The notes under the pieces are model-generated. The model was not told the DNA's origin. It saw nothing but the letters and a program-made list of their open reading frames with translations, and did no database searches. A stretch of DNA of 64,000 nucleotides from Nageia nagi (lineage: Eukaryota > Plantae > Pinophyta), in NCBI GenBank assembly GCA_050084985.1, contig JBITNC010000001.1:27714001-27778000 (forward strand). The letters are read 5' to 3'. This document shows, piece by piece, positions 13,001 to 25,036 of the stretch (position 1 is its first letter; each line of letters starts with the position of its first letter). Made by a program: the position numbers and the translations under genes.

Positions 13001-16000
13001 TACAAGACACAGTTTCTCAGCTTAGTACTTTAGCCAAAATATATGAAGCATGCGCAGCCAGGTGCATGTAAAATCAAAACTCCATTTCATTGATTTAACG
13101 ATGGTGATAGGCTTTCCAGAAAAATCCATAAGAATTTATTATTTAACACCAACACATGCCTCTGACAGCCTCAGGACAATTATAATGACTTTGTATTATG
13201 TGCAAATATAGATTAGCATCTGCTTGCAATTATAAATATTAATTCCTGGCATGAAACATGCTTTTAAACTTGCATCTACTTGAGCAAAGTTGCACAAGAT
13301 GCATGCCTTACCCCAAACAGATCATCCCCATCCACTGAATATTCCTACTATCATGGAAAGGCATCAGTGACATCACCTACTGTCAACGGATCATCCGGGT
13401 TCGCTGAACGTCCCTAATAACATGGGAAGACATCAGTGGCATCCCCTAGTGTCCCCAATACGAGGGCCAAGATCTCAGCCATCGCTGGGACACCAAGGAT
13501 GTTTCCAAGGAGGACTGTGCCCAGCAATCCCTCCCACCCCCCAAACCCTAAAAAACATTAGGCATATTCACATTATAACATATGGATTTTAATTTCAGAG
13601 TTGGAAATTATAATTCAGATTTGGAACAGTATATTTTATGTTTAACATGTTTGGTATTGGACTTCATTTTCTGTTGAGATACGATTACAAATTTACATGA
13701 AATAGATTGAGATAGGTAATAATATATTGCTTTTTCTAATTTCATGTCTTCAGTTTTTATATGTATTTATGCTTGAATGCATGGCAAAAACTAGATTTCT
13801 AATTTATTATATTTTTTGTATTTCATGTGTCTTTTTATATCCCTCTGACGTTCCATCCGCTAAACCCTAAAAAACATTAGGTATATTGACATTACAACAT
13901 AGGAAGTTCAATTTTGGAGTTGGAAATTATAATTCAGATTTTAAAGAGTCGATTTGATGCTCCTTATGTTTTGTATTGGATGTCATTTTCAATTGAGATA
14001 TGATTATATGTCTTATTAATTTTGATAACTCGGTTTGCACTTATTCATTTTATGAATCACTTTCAGGCAAGAATTACAGACCCAGCAAAAATGATAGATG
14101 TTATCCCCAGAAATCCTCATCCCCAATACTCTGTATAATTCTGCAATTACATCAGTTTTTCCAGCGAACATGGATGTTAGGCAATGACATTCTCGAACCT
14201 AACTTTCCTTTATCAAAATAAGTGTTGTACTGTATTTTATTTTCAGAAATGTGAAGTAATTATACAAAGAAAATTCAACATAAAACTAAATAAGAAACAA
14301 TTGATATCGTATGCTCATTAATTATAAAGTCTCCATATGATTATAACAAATAGCGGAAACTATAAACATGGTATTTGTGCTTTCTAAGGTGATTCATTAC
14401 CTCTATCATGTGAGTGACGCCTGACACAGTCACATACTCTAGTTTTGGAAGTTTTAGCTGCTTTTGAAATGCAGGAAGAAAGTAATCTAATTTCCGCTCA
14501 GCTGCATGAACTGCTGCACGACACTTTGCAACCTATTCAAATGCATCAATTGTTAATTATCGTTGGCACACATAAGCATATTTCTAACATGTTAGAAGGC
14601 ACATGATGTGATAAATAAATTCATACCTCAGGAAATTTATCGCCTGCGCAATTGAAAAGATTGTTTTTATCCCCCTGGGTTGCAGCATCCTTGTTTAGAG
14701 CAGATAGAAGTATTGTAGCATTCTCAATAACAACAGAGGATGATGCTGTCACAAAAAGTCGTCTCAATAAGTGTGATCTAACACCTTCATGGTGCCCTTG
14801 GGAATGATGATTTTCTTCCTTATCAACAGAAACCAGCTTCTGAAGTTGTTTAGCAGCATTAAGCAATGAATGAATCACAGTGAAGAACTGAAACAATACA
14901 TCACTTCTGTTAATTAATAAAGCATCTTTTGCTTCAAACATATTTATAAAGGTCTAAGAAACACAGAATTCCAATCTTTTCCCCATTTCATGCTTGTAAG
15001 TTGTAACAGGCCATGAATGTCCAAGGCACATCACATATAGAGAATACTTGGCATCTATGTATAGTAACAAGATCTTTAACAGTATATTACCTCAGCTGGT
15101 GTAGCTGTTCGATGAAAACTTCTGGTTATCCCACGCTCAACATCAGGCATCTTTGCCAATAAGGCCAAAACAGAAACAAGTAACCCCTGGGATCCACCTT
15201 CTTCTATCCGTCCACGACTAGCTGCACCAGCAATTCCACCTCCTTTACCACTACCTGGAAATGTACCCTCAATCTGTGGGGCTCCAGAACTGCCCATTGA
15301 TTCTGCAATTTCTGAAACGGCTTCAAGACGAGCTAAGATCATGCTTCTGTCACACAGTGGATGAGTTACCTGCAATCCATAGAAATTGTCATAAGATCTT
15401 AAGCACAAAAATAGGGTAAGGAAGGAAATTTCTAGCATATGGTCATTGATTTCAAGAAAGATGATAAAAGTAGTAGTCAAGAGCAGTAAATAGATTATAC
15501 AACCATTAACTATATTAGAAAAATACTCTAACTTGTCAATAACCAAAGCAAAGTCTGAAAACGTACGAGCATACCCAATGTTTAAGTAATCTCAATCCAA
15601 AAGAAGTATGTGTATGGTTCATCAGCGACAGCAATGATCCATTTCCCGAGCCATCAGCATTATTTCTCAGTATCTATTCAAAATACAGTAAGTCCATTTT
15701 CAATAACTTAAGAATGATGGACCCATGGATCTAAAGAAGTTTCTAACAAAGAAAAGCTTAAGAATTGGGTCACCTTATTTCAAGATGTTTAACCAAATTG
15801 TTGCAATAATGAGTGGTGTAAGATCATACCAAAATCCATGTTAAACAATTAAGATTTGTGTCAACATTTTCTTTGAAGAAAATTGTTTCTATAAGACCAG
15901 ATTACTACCTTAATGAAAATAATTTAAAAAACTGAAGCCATTATATTAAGCAGTTCTCTTAGAGTGCTTGCTTCATACACGTGCTCGACTTTAATGAATC

Positions 16001-19000
16001 ACTTTACATACTAGCTGAACTTTCAAGCTATAAAAGAAGCTATGTCGTAATCAATTATCTGTAACAGCATTTCAAAAAAAAGCGAGACCATTCAGCGTTA
16101 TAGTGGGTCTATAATGTACACTATTTTATAGCACACTAAGCACTGTGAGAATGAGGACATCTACCTCTAGCTGATGCACTGTGTTGGATGAAAGAGACAT
16201 CTCATTTTTGCTGGCAAACGGGCGGAATGAGGCACCCAAGCCCAAAACTCTTTCCAATTTAAATTGTTTAAGATAACGCAATGTCAGGGCCAGTGCTTGA
16301 ATAACTAAATCAGCCATGGTCATTATAACCTGCATGTTGCAAATCCATCATTAAGCAGAAGTAAACAAAATTCACTCAGTTGCAATTTGATGTATAAGAT
16401 CTAGCTTGGGTAAGTTGATATGGATGTCAAATGCAACATGTTCAATCCAAGAGTGTCAAGAAACAGGTGCTTATGATGCTGATCTTAAGATGCATATAGT
16501 CAACTCATTTCCTATGTTTTATGTAATGTCAAGTTTGACAACACACCCATCATCCTTGCAGAAGTTCTGATATCAAAATGCTGGTATTTTCTACTTAAAC
16601 TACTTTATCATAAAATTTGAATAACCGTTTGATGTAACAGACTCAATGTTTAAGAGGCGTTAGCAAAATTCCGATGGAATCTGAAAACTATACATATCCA
16701 AAATGGATATTAGAACACTATATCAATTTGATTTTAAACCATATTCAGCCATAGATAAAAAAACACTCGCCTTAAAATTAAACCAAGTATACCTCTATCC
16801 CTTGGTCAACTCTCCCTCCCTTCTTTTTGTCATCTTTTGATGTTGATGTTTCCTCAGTTATACTTTCATAGAAAGACATCACTTCAGCAAGTGCTCCACC
16901 ATCTTTGAAACAGTCACGTGAAGAACACTCCATGCGAACATTTGATGCTTGTCCGCAAACTCAAGAAGCAGCTAAACAATAATGATTTCAACACCATAAG
17001 ATTGTTTCAACATGATCTATGATTCACCAAACAAATACCCATTGCCTTTCTGTCCTATTTGAGTATAATGCATGTTTATCTTGTTCAGTACAATAAACCA
17101 GAATAGAGACATGAAAACATGGAAACAAAACATTATCCAAATTCCAAAAGTTGTGATGACATAGAAACAAAACAGTAGCCTCAGATTATGCACATCAACA
17201 TCAAGATATGCAAGAATGACAAAACGGACTGGAATTAGAGTACTACAATACTAAAAAGTGTCTTAAAGAGCATCACAGTAACAGTAACATCAGAGAATTT
17301 TGTCAATAGTTGACTGCAAAAAACAGTTAATAGTTTGTTTAAAAATACAAAACATGTGTTACAAAATTAGAAAGAGCTTAAACACAAGACTGAGCTTTGG
17401 AGAGGCTTAAGCACTTGATAAAGCAGAATAACACTCGCTTCATGAATTTACCATCTGTAAAGTGATATAAATTAAGTCTCTAATTTAGTTCATATCAACC
17501 ACGCAAGATGTAAAGGAGCAGGCAAGGTTGTAACTTCATGTTCCATGCAATGCTATTAGCTATATAATTGTCCATAGAGATTATAAATGTATATAAATAA
17601 GACACACTATTGTTGCCACATCTTTAGCTAGATTACAAATAATACAAATATAATGTAGATTAAATCAAATATGCAGCAGGAGATAACAAATAACAAGAAC
17701 ATAATGTTGATCAAATCATATGTACCATTCAAAGCAAACGCAAACACTATATACCAATTCTCACTTGCTAAATTATGGCACACCCATTGCAATTGCTGCT
17801 GAAGAATAGATTATAAAAGAATGACAAAAAGATATAGCATTCCAATGGAGGAGATAACAAATAATAAAAATTAAAAATATAATTTAGATCAAATCAAATA
17901 TGCACCAGGAGATAACAAAAAACAAAAACGCAATGTAGATCAAATCAAATACTTACCATGCATAGGAAACACAAACACTATATACTAATTCTCACTTGCT
18001 AAATTATGGTGCAGTCAAAGCAATTGCTTCTAAAGGATAAAGATATTGCTTCAAGAGCTTAAGACAAAAGACGCAAGAAAACAACTATCTTGTTGTAGGT
18101 AATATTCAATTGAACTAAACACATAGAAACATATAGCCATGCCCTAGAAGTACGTCTAACGTGCAATACTCAATGAGACAAATCAACTTCCCTTTCTAAG
18201 TTTTAATAAACTTGAATCAATGGTTTCAGTTGCCTACTAATGCCATCGTGGCCTTCATTTTTGCTAAACATACTACTATTCTTTGCTTACGGTTTAAGAG
18301 AGTTCCCAAGTCTATCCCACAACTTCATTCACTTTCAAATGTACACTACAGATAACATTTTTGCACTTCTGTATGCATTCTGGAATAATCTCCAATCAAA
18401 GCTTCTTCTGCTTAATTTAGCAGTGAAGAAAATCCAAATTCTTATGTGTTTAACCTATTATTCATCGGTTCATGTGGTTCTCTTCTATATGCATAATTCA
18501 TCTATAAGTTGAATGAAATCTTTGAATTGAAAAAACATTTTAAGTAAGAATGTGTTGGGGTGTTGTTCTTTCCACTTATGAAGACCACCTGAGTGATAAC
18601 TGGGAAAAGACATCCAACATGTGAATGAGATTGCATTACTAACCTCTGCTTGAAAGGACTGGTTACCTTAAAGTTTCTAGCATCATAAGAGGTTTTAGGT
18701 AACTATAACAGTAGCTATACTTGGAATACTCAATGGGAGAATAGAGATAGCAACGGTTAACCACGTTTGCATTGGGCATTAGAGTTGTTCTACACCGATT
18801 GAAAGTATAGACTTTTGATGGTAAAGAAAGTAAAATAACAAAAGAAAAGCAAGGAAAAGTGTAAAATGGAGATGATGGCACACAAGAGGGGTACATTCAA
18901 TGACAAGCCCACCGATGAACCAAGGTTAGATCTCCTTCCTACTGGGTTTACTATGAAGTGTGACCCTCACTTATCCCACCTTGCTACAAATGACTAAGTC

Positions 19001-22000
19001 CAAATTGTAAACAAATAGGAGCCTATAGCAATATTACGAGGGAACAACAACAAGAGTAGCACATCAAGCCAAACGACATGGCAAGAATTTCACCAACATT
19101 CATTCATCTTCATGCAAAAGAGTAAGTAATGTTCATCATATAGCAATGACACAACTTCAGAAGATATTCAACCATCTTTCTAACAAGCCTACACTTGCGA
19201 GAAATGTACACAAGTCACATAACAACAATAAAAAAACATTAAGTACAAACACTCAAGTCCACAATCCCATAAAATGAAACAAGTCTCGATTTGATTAATT
19301 CATGCACAACATTCGCTTAAAGAGTCACAATGTTCTAAAACAAAATTGCAATAGTTTTCCCTCTTGGGAAAATGATCATCCTTCTTCCAAGTGAGCCCTT
19401 TAGGGCTACTTATAGTTTTTGCAAAAAAAACCCTAACCCTAATGCAAATTCAAATGAAATTCATCTAAATTAACCCTAATTAACAACGGTCCAATAAAAA
19501 CATGTCACATGGCACTAAAAGATTAAATCCAACACTTGTGGGAGCAAATCCTCATCCATCACAAGGCTTTAACAAAAATATATAAAATTTGGCGTCCAAA
19601 ATAGATAAATTATGCATAAAATAAAATTAGAAATATTGCATCCAAAATGCAACGCTTTCCATCAACTGGTGCCCATGAGTTCATATGTTCCTTTCACCTC
19701 TGCAACACTTGACTCGAAAACTTCACCATTCGCTTGTTGAATATGCCCCTGTTCTCGAATGGTCACCCTATTTTGGGGAGTGTATGACTTTGGAAGGGTG
19801 TTCTCTTCTTCAGGGTTTGATTCCTTGTGGCTCTCCTCTAGTTCCTTGATTCGTTCTACCCCATTGGTTTTGATCTTTGCCAATTTCCATCTCTTGGGTG
19901 TGAACTTCTAAGTTTTGAGGTTTCTCTGGATTCCTGTTTAGGAAGACCTTGGTGACAAACAATGTGTTATTGACCTTGAAGTTGAATTTACTCACATAAT
20001 GAGTTTTGATGGACTCATCTTGTACCCTTTGGCTTGGATCTTCATGGATATGTGCCTTAGAGGATGGATGTGGTTTTCTAGGCAATATGGCACAAAATTT
20101 GAGGTCAGCTATCTTCAAGGGGCAGGCACAGGTGTTTCAAGGGTCAAAGTAGGTGTCATGCCTTGATCTTACCCTTGGAAGCTTGGCGCAGGTGTTAAGT
20201 TGGTCATAATGCTTGTCTTGGTCATGGAATGCACTCAAGATGTGACTTCATGGCTAGCACAAGTTTTCAGGAGGACAAGGTATGTGTCTTGATTGGGACA
20301 TGCACCTGGGAGCCTAGCACAGGTATCATGGAGGTCATGAAGTTTGTCTCTTGTGGCTCTTGCACCAAGGAGGAGAAATGTGAGTCCAATACATGTGTTA
20401 AGAAGATCACCCTTATTGTCTTGTCTGGAGTTTGCGCCAAAGGAGAAATATACAAGCTTAGTGCAAGGTTCCCTAGGGTCAAGGATGGTGTCTGGGAATG
20501 GATTTGCACTCAAGGAGGAAGAATAAAATTTGCGCAGGTTTCCATGGGGACAAGGGTCGTGTCTTAGTTGCGACATGCGCTTAGAAGTTTGGCGCAAGTT
20601 TGAGGAGAGTCAAGATGGTTGTCCTGCTTGATGAGGTTTGCACCAAGGATGAGGTATAGGTGTCTAGCGCAAGTCTTGCCAAAGTCAAGGTGTTTCTCTT
20701 AGTCTAAACTTGCAACTGAAAGGAGTATAGACCTGGTGCAAACCCTCTGGGAGTCAACAATAATGTCTTGGTATGGATTTGCACAAAAAAAAGGGATATG
20801 CCTTTAACTTGTGATTTTTTCTCTTTCGGGAACTTCATGGTAATGGGAAAGGGTCTCCTAGGCTGGTGCATGTCTTCAAGAGGTCAAGGCAGGTGTCTAC
20901 ATCCACACTTGTGCCAAGATGGAGTATTGGCCATGCACAAGCCCCTTGGAAGAAAAACTTGTCCATTTAAGTCTAAATTTGTACCTCATGAGTGAAAATA
21001 AGCCTAGTGCAAGTCTAGAAGGGGTCAACATACTTGTTTTGGCTTGCTCTTGCGCTGGAAAAGTGCATTTGAGTTTGGTGCAAGTCTCCTGGAAGTCATG
21101 AAGCTTGTCTCCATTCGAACTTGTACTCAGGCAAGATATGCTCCATACTTAATCAAAATTTGCCTTTGTTGCCCGAAATTATCCCCTGGAGCTCCAAGAA
21201 GGCTGGTGTAGGTCCTTGGAAGGACATGATGTTTGTCACCACACCTGTACCAGAGAAGTATGCATGGTTTGGGCACTCATCCTGGAGGAGACAAGATGCT
21301 TGTCTCATGTCAAACATGCGCTAGTGTAAAGAAGGGGTTTTCATGCCTTAGTACTTAGCCAATTTCCTTCTTTATCACTTATATTCATCATTTCAAGTCT
21401 CTGGAAGGCTAGCGCAATTCTTGGAGGAGACATGAATGTTGTGTCTTTAGGGACATGCGTCTGAATGGGACTTAGCCAAATTTTTGCGTTACATGTTCCA
21501 GAGAGTTACTTTGCCACTCTTCACCTGTTCTAATCTCCGATATCCTCGATCATGAGACACCATTAGCTTGGTCACTCCGCCTAAGCAATTCCTTGTTGCC
21601 AAAATTTGTGGGTCCCCAAATTTGCTAAAATTTGGGGCATGTTGTGGAAGCCACAACAGAATGCATGCAGAAGTGCAACAATGCTAGCAATACTGTACAT
21701 TTGAAAGTGAATGAAGTTATGGGATAAACAAGAACTCTCTTTGAGACATAAGCAAAGAATACTAGTATGTTTAGCAAAAATGAAGGCCATGATGGCATTA
21801 GTAGGCAACTGAAACCATTGATTCAAATTTATTGAAACTTAGAAAGGGAAGTTTAATTATCTTGTTGAGAATTGCACGTTATATGCACTTCTAGGTCATG
21901 GCTATAAGTTTCTATGTTAGTAATTCAATTAAATGGTAACTACAACAAGATATTTGTTCTATTGAATCTTGTCTTAAGCTCTTGAAGAAATAGATTTATC

Positions 22001-25000
22001 TTGTAGCAGCAATTGGTTTGAGTGTGCCATAATTTAACAAGTGAGAATTAGTATATAGTGTTTATGTTTCCTATGCATGGTACATATTTGATTTGATCTA
22101 CATTACATTCTTGTTATTTGTTATCTCCTGGTGCATATTTGATTTGATCTACATTATATTCTTATTATTTGTTATCTCCTCCATCGGCATGCTATACCTT
22201 TTTCTCATTCTTTTATAAACCTATGCTTCAGCACTAATTGCTTTGGATGTGCCATAATTTAGCAAGTGAGAATTGGTATATAGTGTTTCTATTTGTTTTG
22301 CATGGTACATATTTGATTTGATCCGCATTATGTTCTTGTTATTTGTTATCTCCACTGTGTATTTGATTTGATCTGCATTATATTCTTATTATTTGTAAAT
22401 TTGGAGAACAGAGGATCACATATAGCCCATACTTAATACTATTTGTAATATGCGAGTTTACAAATACATGAATTTTATCGGATCTTATACATGGACAGAA
22501 ACTAAAATCCTTGCTATCTACTACTGCTTTAACATGAAGTTGTTTCTTACCTTCCCAAGAAGTTTTAATAGGCATGCATTAACCTGATTATAGACTGATT
22601 GTTGCAGATTTAAACAAATGACATCATATTTGACCACATTTGACTGCTGTTGTCAGAAAAAAAGGCCCAGACTGCAGGCAGAATACAAAAGTGTAAAACA
22701 AACGATTCTTATAATCTTCAATCTCAAATGCTTTACGGGACAAACTGCCACTATCGTACCTAATGTAAGTGAAAACCTATAAAACATTTAAGTGCCATGT
22801 CTAGATTTCCCTCATGTGGTACAGATTTTATAATTTTCCTATTCAATGTATGTATTCAATGACTCTTATCATAACAAACATTACAATTGCATACTATTAC
22901 ATATCTACTATACCTTCGAAGGGTAAAAAATTTAGGGACTGATGCTTTGAGAAGTAAAAGAAATTTGCATTTATTTATGACAGCCTCCACAAGGTGTTGA
23001 TACCAAAAAGTACTTATATCTGAATTCTCAACTCAAAGTAGAATTCAACATATGCTGCAACTATTCCTAAATGCAAGAGACAATGAACTGAAGTACAAGT
23101 TGAAGGACAACGACCCCAAACACTATGCACATTACCTGCTAGGGAAATCCAAGTAAGAGTTTTTAAGTTAAGCTGTGATCTCGCTACTAAGGCAAGTCCA
23201 GGTCTAGCTGGTACTGATGACATAATTATGACGGGGCAATTCAATAGCCTTCTATGCAATAGATGTAAGCCACAATAATAAAAAAGGCAGAAGTGAAGCT
23301 AGCTAGTTAGAAAATCACGAGGATCATTTGATGTTGAACTCTGAGTGAGGCAGTAGTAGTTGGTCGAAGGACATCAGGAGGATCATCTGATGTTGTAGTG
23401 TGACAGGGTAATACTGGAACAGCACATTAGCAGTTGTGGCTAACGGCTTTAGGAATGTCCATCATTTCAATCAACTCTATTTGAATTAATAAATGTAATC
23501 CATGCAAAACTACAACAAAGGATAATATAATTTAGCATAGAAATGGGAGAAAAAAAAGCCAGTTTGTAAAATTTCAATGTTTACAAGCACAACTGCATCT
23601 GCAAATTATCCATACCTTTTCGGTAGGTTGCAGCAACGGTTTACCCAGAAGCAACTCCGCAGGAGAGACATTCAAGAGGCACGATTCAAGCTCCGCCCTT
23701 GTAACCGTGTCCTTGAACTGTCCGTACATAACATCTCCAGTGGAGGTTTCCACCGCGATGACACCAATCACTGTATCACAACTCCCGCTAGAAGTTGCAG
23801 CAAAATCTTCTTCCTCGGACACGTTATTCCTCGCCTTCTTTGGACTTCTACCCATGAAAGGCTGCTCCACAACACACATAAGATAGCTATTAATCCTACA
23901 ACTATCATCCATCTCACCTCCCCCCAAATCCTCAGCTGCCTCAAATGTTGCCTTTGTATACAATGCCGACAGACTTCTGCTAAAAGGCCCTTGCTTATTG
24001 GTCCCCTGTGATTTAATCGCAGCAGTCTCAGTCTGTCTCACCACACCCACCTTGTAACCTTCCTCGACCAACCTCCTCACATGGACATGCAACCTGAATG
24101 TGGGTATACTTGCAGTCAAAAAATGGTGATCATAGTGGGCGAAAATCCCCAAAACCCTTGCAGCAACTTCTGCATCATCCCCAAAAAACCTATATTTGTA
24201 ACCCACCTCAACCATCAACAACACATCCTTGTACTTGGCCTTGAGCTCCACCACCTGTTCTTCCAATGGAGTATATTTCTCCTTGCCAAGTGAAGGCTTC
24301 CCTGACTCTTGAAGGCTGCCATTCTCATCAACCCTCGCTAGTAGTTTGTCCACGAACTTTTTGTGAAGGGATGGATCAAATGAAGGGAACGCAAGTGCTT
24401 TTTTTATCTCAAACCCCTTCTTCAATCCTATGTCATTTCTGTTTTTTATTGGTAAATCCCCACCAAAATGTTGCAGGGATTCTATATCGTTCTCAATTCT
24501 CTTTTTTGTTGTCAATTCCCCCCATTTTTTTCTGGGTTTTCCGCGTCATCGCACCCAAAACTCCCATTGATTTCCCTAACTTCACAATTGAAGCTTTCCA
24601 TGGTTTTTGGAAATCCACCATCTATTTTTTCAGGGTTATCGTCATCATCATACCCAAAACTCTCATTCATATCTCCCACTTCTGGGCTTCTGAATTTCGT
24701 TGCTTTTGGCAATCCTCCAACCAGTTTTTCTGTCTTTCCCATCTCAACATGCCCACTTTTCTCACCCCCCTTAATTTTTTGAACTCCCACATTAAGTGTA
24801 GCCCTCCTCTTGCTAAGTGGATCTTGTTCGCTAGAGTTATGTGCATTGAATTGTTCGTGATTTCTCTTCTTAGATGTTGTGGGTGTCAATGAAAGTCTAG
24901 CTTCAATGGATGGAAAGGAGGATGAGGGGGCATCCACCTTGATTGGGGCTTTACTTAAAGGAGAAACTGAATCTGAACCTGAACCTTCTTTTGATTTAGG

Positions 25001-25036
25001 GGCAAAAAACCTGGATATGACTTGTTGCTTCTTCAT
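945..25036 (-). CDS. MSH3: DNA mismatch repair protein MSH3 (MutS-beta subunit), 5' part; 10 exons in window, continues beyond the left edge; two apparent 1-nt frameshifts
   Basis: N-terminal PIP-box QQVISRFF; MutS domain [34 protein letters not shown] with the MSH3-type GYKY; Walker [10 protein letters not shown]. All exons I traced have GT-AG boundaries in phase 0. Confidence 0.95.
1198..1269 (-). CDS. MSH3: MSH3 exon 9
   Basis: TAG|GGC...CCA|GTAAG, 72 nt, [24 protein letters not shown]. Confidence 0.92.
1431..1691 (-). CDS. MSH3: MSH3 exon 8
   Basis: CAG|GTG...CAG|GT, 261 nt, [28 protein letters not shown]...[15 protein letters not shown]. Confidence 0.92.
2958..3081. repeat. 62-bp tandem duplication
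   Basis: atctcatagggcaaaacc...catttgttgtc at 2958-3019 and 3020-3081, one mismatch. Confidence 0.9.
2958..4600 (+). mobile_element. Degenerate Ty3/gypsy fragment (end of RNase H, integrase, PPT)
   Basis: Broken frames give GHVSFFRI..., [32 protein letters not shown] and [16 protein letters not shown]; purine tract gaggaagaaggg before TGTTATG at ~4596. Confidence 0.8.
5990..6928 (-). mobile_element. Probable degenerate LINE 3' portion that the copia element inserted into (seems to resume at 12879-13000)
   Basis: Weak resemblance to LINE RT C-terminal (W.ERN..IF-like) sequence near 6720; the gtgaccaa...gtcaatgggact motif also occurs at 95-120. Recognised by eye only. Confidence 0.35.
6929..7180 (-). 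repeat. 3' LTR (TG...TA termini)
   Basis: Direct repeat of 12627-12878, adjacent to the PPT. Confidence 0.95.
7156..10077 (-). CDS. Copia pol (protease, integrase, RT, RNase H), open for 973 aa
   Basis: [10 protein letters not shown] (protease); WHLRYGH...CEGC and [23 protein letters not shown] (integrase); CLYVDDL (RT); FSDSDWG...SSTEAEY...ADIFTK (RNase H). Confidence 0.95.
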   Translation of the reverse strand: MFLTYDQSHQNLNTTWILDTGCSNHMIGKKELFSKVDSSYKSHIRLGDDKELQVAGMGAMEVPTKEGIKKVHDIYYTPHLKHNLLSVGQMMEKNYKLVFEDGACVISDKNNGNRVVTTVSMTKNRLFPLKFGEHDNAQLANVTIENPSVLWHLRYGHLNFDSLKLLTSQNMVCGLPKVQAPKEEVCEGCALGKHARTKFPKDEAWRASYPLQLVHSDICGSMQIESWGNHRYFLTFIDDFTRLCWVYFLQTKDQAFACFQDFKNDSEKQSGFLVKCLRTDNGGEFCSKEFLQFCKDVGIKRQYTASYTPQQNGVAERKNRTIIEMTRSMLQSKRLSNMYWVEAVRTSVYILNRCPTFSLDGITPYEGWYGKKPNVKHFCVFGCLAYAHIPDEKRQKLDPKSQACIFLGYCESTKAYRLYNPHTNKVVISRDVIFDEGGVWGHQKLYTDDGSHHENTSQVQPCESDIWQEAMQAEINSINKNDIWELVELPQGKKCVGCKWVYKTKLKPDGSIDKHKARLVAKGFTQKYGFDYEETFAPVARQETSRLALSLVAHKGWNIQHMDVKSAFLNGYLNEEVYVNQPQGFVEQGKENLVYKLKKSLYGLKQAPRAWYSRIDGYFTKYGFTRSKIELTLYYMNKGKDILIVCLYVDDLIFMGSSNKLNKDFQNSMMQEFEMTDLGLMHYFLGMEIHQKENEIFICQLKYAQDMLKKFAMEKCTPVATPIGHGIQLCKEDGASKVDKTNYRSIVGSLMFLTNTRPDIQYAVSLVSRYMADPSELHLQAAKRILRYVKGTVDYGIHYYKTDVAKLVGFSDSDWGSNIDDRKSTLGNCFSLGLGLISWCSKKQTVVALSSTEAEYIAVTHASTQVLWLRKILEEIGEQQNDPTILYSDNMSAIQLAYNPIHHKRSKHFDMKYHFIRDMVDKKVVELKHCSTLDNIADIFTKGIAKAQFLKLRDCLVSPLIFKGENVRLISNI
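10078..11014 (-). pseudogene. Copia gag, disrupted by one frameshift (~10835) and two in-frame TGA
   Basis: [33 protein letters not shown]-rich linker, zinc knuckle [13 protein letters not shown] in frame with pol; both TGAs fit CGA>TGA. Confidence 0.9.
11095..11625 (-). CDS. Accessory ORF of unknown function upstream of gag inside the copia element
   Basis: 167 aa open from GTG 11598. In-frame ATG-TGA at 11625 (possibly ATG-CGA originally). Cys/His-rich N-part; acidic C-part with [16 protein letters not shown] and IIVRDSDEE. Confidence 0.6.
11597..12437. promoter_or_regulatory. Array of 14 ACGT cores (7 CACGTC/GACGTG) in the copia leader
   Basis: ACGT at 11597, 11699, 11739, 11756, 11854, 12106, 12126, 12130, 12177, 12204, 12215, 12286, 12385 and 12434. 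Function is inferred, not shown. Confidence 0.6.
12627..12878 (-). repeat. 5' LTR (TG...TA termini)
   Basis: Direct repeat of 6929-7180, adjacent to the PBS. Confidence 0.95.
13543..14005. repeat. Diverged ~150-bp direct repeat (copies start at 13543 and 13862)
   Basis: aaaccctaaaaaacattagg.atatt.acatta...gagttggaaattataattcagattt occurs twice. Confidence 0.75.
14401..14532 (-). CDS. MSH3: MSH3 exon 7
   Basis: TAG|GTT...GAG|GTAAT, 132 nt, [16 protein letters not shown]...[14 protein letters not shown]. Confidence 0.9.
14627..14887 (-). CDS. MSH3: MSH3 exon 6
   Basis: CAG|TTC...GAG|GTATG, 261 nt, FFTVIHSLL...DKFPE. Confidence 0.9.
15091..15369 (-). CDS. MSH3: MSH3 exon 5
   Basis: CAG|GTA...GAG|GTAAT, 279 nt, [21 protein letters not shown]...[19 protein letters not shown]. 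Confidence 0.9.
15575..15673 (-). CDS. MSH3: MSH3 exon 4
   Basis: TAG|ATA...TGG|GTATG, 99 nt, [33 protein letters not shown]. Confidence 0.9.
16165..16329 (-). CDS. MSH3: MSH3 exon 3
   Basis: CAG|GTT...GAG|GTAG, 165 nt, [23 protein letters not shown]...QLE. Confidence 0.9.
16793..16971 (-). CDS. MSH3: MSH3 exon 2 (179 nt, one base short of frame)
   Basis: Acceptor TTTAG|CTG and donor GAG|GT. Reads LLLEFA, then continues [30 protein letters not shown] only after a -1 shift at ~16953. Confidence 0.85.
17633..22398. repeat. Long inverted repeat / foldback-like element: arms 17633-18381 and 21659-22398, with internal tandem subrepeats
   Basis: For example aatcaatggtttcagttgcctactaatgccatc (~18215) is the reverse complement of gatggcattagtaggcaactgaaaccattgatt (~21791). 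Similarity runs along both arms. Confidence 0.92.
18553..21658 (-). mobile_element. 3.1-kb solo LTR
   Basis: TGTTG...CAACA termini, perfect 5-bp TSD GAATG (18548-18552 and 21659-21663), no coding domains; strand inferred from a TATA-like site at ~19410. Confidence 0.88.
23616..25036 (-). CDS. MSH3: MSH3 exon 1 (PIP box, mismatch-binding domain I, start of connector); frameshift within 24515-24545
   Basis: ORFs 24512..25036 and 23574..24515 overlap in different frames; donor AAG|GTATG at 23616/23615. Confidence 0.9.
24533..24730 (-). repeat. Two in-frame 99-bp (33-aa) tandem repeats in MSH3 exon 1
   Basis: [33 protein letters not shown] / [33 protein letters not shown], then a partial EKNGG. 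Confidence 0.85.

Noticed and set aside
13543-13870. Interstitial telomere repeats (AAACCCT)
   Set aside because: Single isolated heptamers within a dispersed repeat, not an array.
19662-21324. Cluster of short ORFs on both strands
   Set aside because: They lie inside the solo LTR's GC-richer degenerate repeats and have no recognisable domains.
18240-21826. Similar peptides at 18240(+) and 21581(-) ([12 protein letters not shown] / [12 protein letters not shown]) as duplicated genes
   Set aside because: They are translations of the two inverted-repeat arms and differ by frameshifts.
23577-24892. Plus-strand ORFs of 144 and 208 aa
   Set aside because: Antisense shadows of MSH3 exon 1 with no independent motifs.
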